Shown: positions 61,742 through 64,000 of the stretch, piece by piece
Layout: every line of letters starts with the position of its first letter
Position numbering within the stretch: position 1 is the stretch's first letter
Source: Methanobacteriota archaeon
Lineage (GTDB): Archaea > Halobacteriota > Bog-38 > Methanoflorentales > Methanoflorentaceae
Direction: 5' to 3'
Assembly: GCA_963720465.1 (NCBI GenBank)
Contig: OY970393.1
Coordinates: 544,001 to 608,000, forward strand
DNA: 64,000 nucleotides
Notes under the pieces: generated by a model
Told to the model about the DNA's origin: nothing
What the model saw: the letters and a program-made list of their open reading frames with translations, nothing else
Databases searched by the model: none
Translations under genes and position numbers: made by a program

Positions 61742-62110
61742 ATGGCAAAAACTAAAGAAAAAGCTGCCCCTAAAACTGAAAAAAAGGGTGCCGCGCAAAA
61801 GGCTACAAAAAAAGTTCCGGCAAAAACCGATGAAAAGAAAGAACAAGAAAAACAGACAAAGCACGTTGAAGGCATCAAAAAGACGTTACTTTCGTCACTG
61901 CTCGGCATTGCCGGGGGAGTTCTTTCGTACTATGCGCCCCCTTACGGCATTTTGATACTTCTTGTAGCGGTATATGCCCAGAGGCTCGCCCTGCCTCGCA
62001 TTCAGATTGATACGAAGGAATATCGTTTTACAGACTGGTTTTTCCTTGTGTTTATGACGTTCGCTTTCTGGTTTGTCAGCTGGACGATATTGTTGAACCG
62101 GCCAGCCTAG
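61742..62110 (+). CDS. EMC6-like archaeal membrane protein with Lys-rich N-terminus
   Basis: Three TM segments, DW....FMTF.FWFVSWTILL, located upstream of ABCE1. Confidence 0.8.
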   Translation: MAKTKEKAAPKTEKKGAAQKATKKVPAKTDEKKEQEKQTKHVEGIKKTLLSSLLGIAGGVLSYYAPPYGILILLVAVYAQRLALPRIQIDTKEYRFTDWFFLVFMTFAFWFVSWTILLNRPA

Positions 62111-62138
62111 GCATAATGAGAGGAGCGGCCTCGCGACG

Positions 62139-63899
62139 ATGAGAATAGCGGTGCTAAAAAGGGAGAGCTGCCGCAGCAAAAAATGCGGCACAGAGTGCGT
62201 GCGTTTTTGTCCTCGGGTCAGAACAGGTGACGAAACGATAATCATTGGGCCCGACGGCAAACCCGTCATTTCAGAAGAGCTTTGCGTAGGGTGCGGCATT
62301 TGCATCAAGAAATGTCCATTTGATGCGATAACGATCGTCAGTTTGCCCGAAGAGCTAGAGCAGCCCACCCATCGTTACGGCATCAACGGTTTTGCTCTTT
62401 ACGGGCTTGCAATTCCACGAGGTGGCCGCGTAACTGGCATTCTTGGACCAAATGGGATAGGCAAAACAACAATAATCAACATTCTCTCAGGCGAGATCAA
62501 GCCAAATTTTGGCCAAGACCACATTAGCGAGGAGGACGTCCTAGAGCACTACTCGGGAACTGAGCTGCACGATTATTTAAAGCGCGTTTACGAAGGCACG
62601 CTACGAACGGCGAGCAAACCGCAGTATGTTGACCTTATCCCTCGCGCGTACGCGGGTAAGGTCGCCGACCTCATAGACAAGGCCGACGAACGCGGCATAA
62701 GTGGCGAACTATTCGATCAACTTGAGCTCGAGGACGTCAGGGAGCGCGAGGTACGACATTTGAGTGGCGGTGAACTGCAACGCCTCGCTATCGCAGCCAC
62801 CATCGCTCGCGATGCCGATTTCTACTTTTTCGACGAACTGACACCGTATCTTGATATTTATCAGCGCGTCAACATCGCGCGAACGATTCGGGCGCTTGCA
62901 AAGCAAAAAAACGTCTTGGTCGTTGAGCACGATCTCGCTATCCTTGATTTGCTAGCAGATATCGTTTATGTCGCTTTTGGCGAACCTGGAGCATACGGCG
63001 TCATTACCAATCCGAAAGGAGTCAGAGTTGGCATTAATGAATACCTCAAGGGGTATCTTCGAGAAGAGAATGTTCGAATCAGAAAAGATCCGATCAAATT
63101 TGAACTCCACGCACCCCGCCTCGACACCGATGTGCGCATCCTGGCGCACGTCGAACGGCTCAAAAAGAGCTACGATTCATTCACGTTTGAGGCAAAAGGC
63201 GGCGAGCTTACAAAAGGTGTAATCGGCATAATGGGTGCTAATGGCACCGGAAAAACAACATTCGTAAAGTTGCTCGCAGGGGTCATCGAACCGGACGAAG
63301 GAAAGGTGGACGTCGAAGTTAAAACTTCTTACAAACCACAATATGTTACGGCAAAAGACAATTCAGGAGAAAACGTCGGCTCTCTGCTGAGAGCGATCAC
63401 CGACTCCTACGACACGAGTTACTACCGAACTGAAATCCTTAGGCCGCTGCAGCTCGAACACATTCTAGAGCGCTCTCTTGACAATTTGAGTGGCGGTGAA
63501 CTCCAACGGGTGGCCATCGCAGCGTGCCTGAGCCGCGATGCTAGCCTTTTCATGCTCGATGAGCCGAGTGCGCATCTCGATGTAGAGCAACGCGCACTGG
63601 CCACGAGTCTGATTCGGCGCTTCACCGAGAACAAGAAGGTGGGCACGCTTCTTGTTGATCACGATATCTATATGATCGACCTCGCCAGTGAGCGATTGAT
63701 GGTTTTTACCGGAGACCCTGGCGTGCGTGGCGCATCAGAGGGTCCTTTTGACATGCACGAAGGGATGAACCGCTTCTTGAAAGACATCGGAATCACGTTC
63801 CGAAGAGATCAAGATACCCATCGCCCGAGGGTAAACAAAATCGCTTCTAAGTTGGACCGCCAACAACGCGAAGACGGAGAATACTACTATCCGGAGTAG
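62139..63899 (+). CDS. rli1: Ribosome recycling ATPase ABCE1/Rli1
   Basis: N-terminal Fe-S domain (C.GCGICIKKCPF), two ABC domains with LSGGELQR, RPRVNK..S.LD..Q. Confidence 0.98.
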   Translation: MRIAVLKRESCRSKKCGTECVRFCPRVRTGDETIIIGPDGKPVISEELCVGCGICIKKCPFDAITIVSLPEELEQPTHRYGINGFALYGLAIPRGGRVTGILGPNGIGKTTIINILSGEIKPNFGQDHISEEDVLEHYSGTELHDYLKRVYEGTLRTASKPQYVDLIPRAYAGKVADLIDKADERGISGELFDQLELEDVREREVRHLSGGELQRLAIAATIARDADFYFFDELTPYLDIYQRVNIARTIRALAKQKNVLVVEHDLAILDLLADIVYVAFGEPGAYGVITNPKGVRVGINEYLKGYLREENVRIRKDPIKFELHAPRLDTDVRILAHVERLKKSYDSFTFEAKGGELTKGVIGIMGANGTGKTTFVKLLAGVIEPDEGKVDVEVKTSYKPQYVTAKDNSGENVGSLLRAITDSYDTSYYRTEILRPLQLEHILERSLDNLSGGELQRVAIAACLSRDASLFMLDEPSAHLDVEQRALATSLIRRFTENKKVGTLLVDHDIYMIDLASERLMVFTGDPGVRGASEGPFDMHEGMNRFLKDIGITFRRDQDTHRPRVNKIASKLDRQQREDGEYYYPE

Positions 63900-64000
63900 C
63901 CGTTCCGCCTTTCGGAGCGGAAGGGTTTCGTAAGCACATGGTACTGCCAAACGACCTTTATGATCTGAACACGCCAGCAGGCATCCTGTTGAGAGTCTTG

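Overview
Archaeal methanogen DNA. A canonical mcrBDCGA operon, archaeal ribosomal proteins and a PGF-CTERM protein are present. A Halobacteriota (Methanocella/Methanoflorens-like) affinity is my inference and needs an McrA tree. The window has two parts. From about 42.0 to 64 kb it is an intact core block: mcrBDCGA, divergent mfnB-DUF169-cfbA-cfbE-cfbD-cfbB (cfbC is missing from its usual slot), pfpI, moaC, aroK, chorismate mutase, MBL nuclease, guaA-A, ndk, rpl24e/rps28e/rpl7ae, rqcH, EMC6-like and ABCE1. From 1 to about 41.8 kb it is a decaying, rearranged accessory region. That region holds a heavy-metal island (acr3, ABC exporter, Cys-rich PadR, Cys/His-rich peptide, copA, YHS, Met-rich lipoprotein), virus/plasmid relics (terminase-like, integrase-like, primase wHTH, DUF6788-like, KTSC, RHH proteins) and a TRAM-less methylthiotransferase facing a SPASM radical SAM enzyme. 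It also holds an orphan modA with a ModE-type box, a bacterial-looking radical SAM/TsaA/DUF364/MBL block, an intact orange-protein-like Mrp-NifX-MinD(FeS)-CDF operon, an orphan group 4 [NiFe] hydrogenase large subunit and decayed hdrB and capD genes. The best candidates for new biology are a folded 5' leader on the mcr operon, the metal-cofactor assembly operon with its partner block, the radical SAM pair and a promoter-linked structured ncRNA candidate at about 17.85 kb. No tRNA, rRNA or CRISPR array was found. All family calls come from motif recognition by eye, not from database searches.
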